In this document: positions 63,050-64,000 of the stretch, piece after piece
How the letters are laid out: each line of letters opens with the position of its first letter
How positions within the stretch are numbered: the first letter of the stretch is position 1
Virus record (IMG/VR): IMGVR_UViG_3300035498_000745
Coordinates: 25,799 to 89,798 of that record
Length of the DNA stretch: 64,000 nucleotides
From: a virus
Lineage: Duplodnaviria; Caudoviricetes
Reading direction: 5' to 3' (one strand)
The notes under the pieces: model-generated
Database searches by the model: none
What the model saw: the letters and a program-made list of their open reading frames with translations, nothing else
What the model was told of the DNA's origin: nothing
Translations under genes and position numbers: made by a program

Positions 63050-63988
63050 CTACAGATTAACCTTTTCTTCTTTAGTCTCTGTCTGCTGATTCTGCTGCTG
63101 CGCATTCTGCTGATTCTGAACCACCGGTGAATACTGCTGAGGCCCAGACTGCTGCTGCGCATTCTGCTGGTTCGGCTGCTGCTGTCCATACTGCTGATTC
63201 TGCATTGGTGCCGGATAATATGGATTACCGAATGCATCATACATAACCTGCTGCTGATACTGCTGTGGTGCAGGCTGCTGATATGGGTTACCATACTGAT
63301 TTGAATTCATGGTCGGCTGTACCTGCATAGGATTGATATAAGGATTTGCCGGCTGTCCCTGACCATTATTCATGTACTGCGGCTGCTGATTATAATACTG
63401 CGGCTGCTGATACTGCTGATATGGGTTGCCATACTGCTGACCGTAATACTGCGGCTGCTGGTAATATCCATAACCACCATTCATCAGACTGTTATACTGA
63501 GAATATACTCCAGTCTCTGCTGCATTGTAGTATGGATTCAGTCCTGAATACTTCTCGAAATTGCTTACTGCATATTCATAAAGATCCGGGAACTTTCTAA
63601 TCAGCGGGATGATTGTGCAGTACTCACGTACAACACTTGTAGGCAAATCTCCAACCCACTTCATGTTCTGCATCTGTGATACAAGCTTCTCAACCAGTTC
63701 AGTGATTTCCTCCTTAGTCATTTTCTCAGGATCCCACCTCTCTGAGCAGATTGGGCAGAATACCTGACTAGTACCATCATTGATGGAAAATACCTTATCC
63801 ATCCCTTTATCCTTATGCGTGCAGATGGATCTCAGGAACTCGTCCTGAGTGATGTTGAGATTAATATCATTTTCCTTCGGCTTACTCTGCTTCAGGATAT
63901 TCATCTCATCATCTGTTAAAGCATTTACATTCTGAGGTGTAGGTACATTGTTGTACATAACCGGCTGATAATTATAATAAATCGGCAT
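63050..63988 (-). CDS. Protein with Zn-binding N-terminal domain and Q/N/Y/P-rich prion-like C-terminal region (5' end may lie beyond the window)
   Basis: CTH...CPIC, then >130 aa of YQQPQYY/YGNPYQQ repeats; frame open to the window edge. Confidence 0.85.
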   Translation of the reverse strand: MPIYYNYQPVMYNNVPTPQNVNALTDDEMNILKQSKPKENDINLNITQDEFLRSICTHKDKGMDKVFSINDGTSQVFCPICSERWDPEKMTKEEITELVEKLVSQMQNMKWVGDLPTSVVREYCTIIPLIRKFPDLYEYAVSNFEKYSGLNPYYNAAETGVYSQYNSLMNGGYGYYQQPQYYGQQYGNPYQQYQQPQYYNQQPQYMNNGQGQPANPYINPMQVQPTMNSNQYGNPYQQPAPQQYQQQVMYDAFGNPYYPAPMQNQQYGQQQPNQQNAQQQSGPQQYSPVVQNQQNAQQQNQQTETKEEKVNL

Positions 63989-64000
63989 TGGCTGTGGCTG

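Noticed and set aside
62956-63294. 112-aa alternative-frame ORF similar to ORF 1597..1824
   Set aside because: Both are shadow frames of the shared Q/Y/P-coding 77-nt segment.
1220-63600. Numerous 60-150 aa ORFs antisense to or nested in long genes (e.g. 1220..1495, 18697..19077, 22602..22976, 39165..39614, 39719..40147)
   Set aside because: No RBS, atypical composition, and overlap with well-supported genes.
1-64000. Chimallin, major capsid protein, SbcD nuclease, RNAP beta' N-terminal (DxDGD) subunit
   Set aside because: None recognisable in this window; they may lie elsewhere, so a phage nucleus is neither supported nor excluded.

Overview
AT-rich (roughly 27-30% GC by eye) segment of a phiKZ/AR9-type jumbo myophage genome; the host is probably a Firmicute (strong GGAGG RBSs, CHAP/PG-binding endolysin, GH73 glucosaminidase, Tad1). 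Core genes are dispersed multisubunit RNA polymerase subunits, a split family-B DNA polymerase, SF2 helicase, terminase, tail sheath and tube, portal, SbcC, DHH phosphoesterase, NAD-dependent ligase, RecA/UvsX, a tubulin/FtsZ-family protein and GyrA/GyrB-type topoisomerase II. Five related group I introns interrupt both polymerase halves, terminase (twice) and gyrB; splice junctions were reconstructed by hand and all restore conserved motifs. GyrA carries a mini-intein. Unexplained signals: (1) a short peptide tag, approx. [KR]-x-[VINT]-M-[CV]-x-[IV]-[IV], recurring in about a dozen unrelated, mostly nucleic-acid-acting proteins and the intron endonucleases but not seen in the structural proteins; (2) a ~1.1 kb ORF-free, highly structured minus-strand transcription unit that starts with a tRNA-like element and has duplicated C-rich-loop hairpins; (3) a promoter-like site, G-quadruplex motif and AT-rich tract that together resemble an R-loop origin; (4) a 77-nt prion-like Q/Y/P module shared by two genes 61 kb apart; (5) two further candidate small RNAs. 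All calls come from reading motifs by eye; no database search was run.
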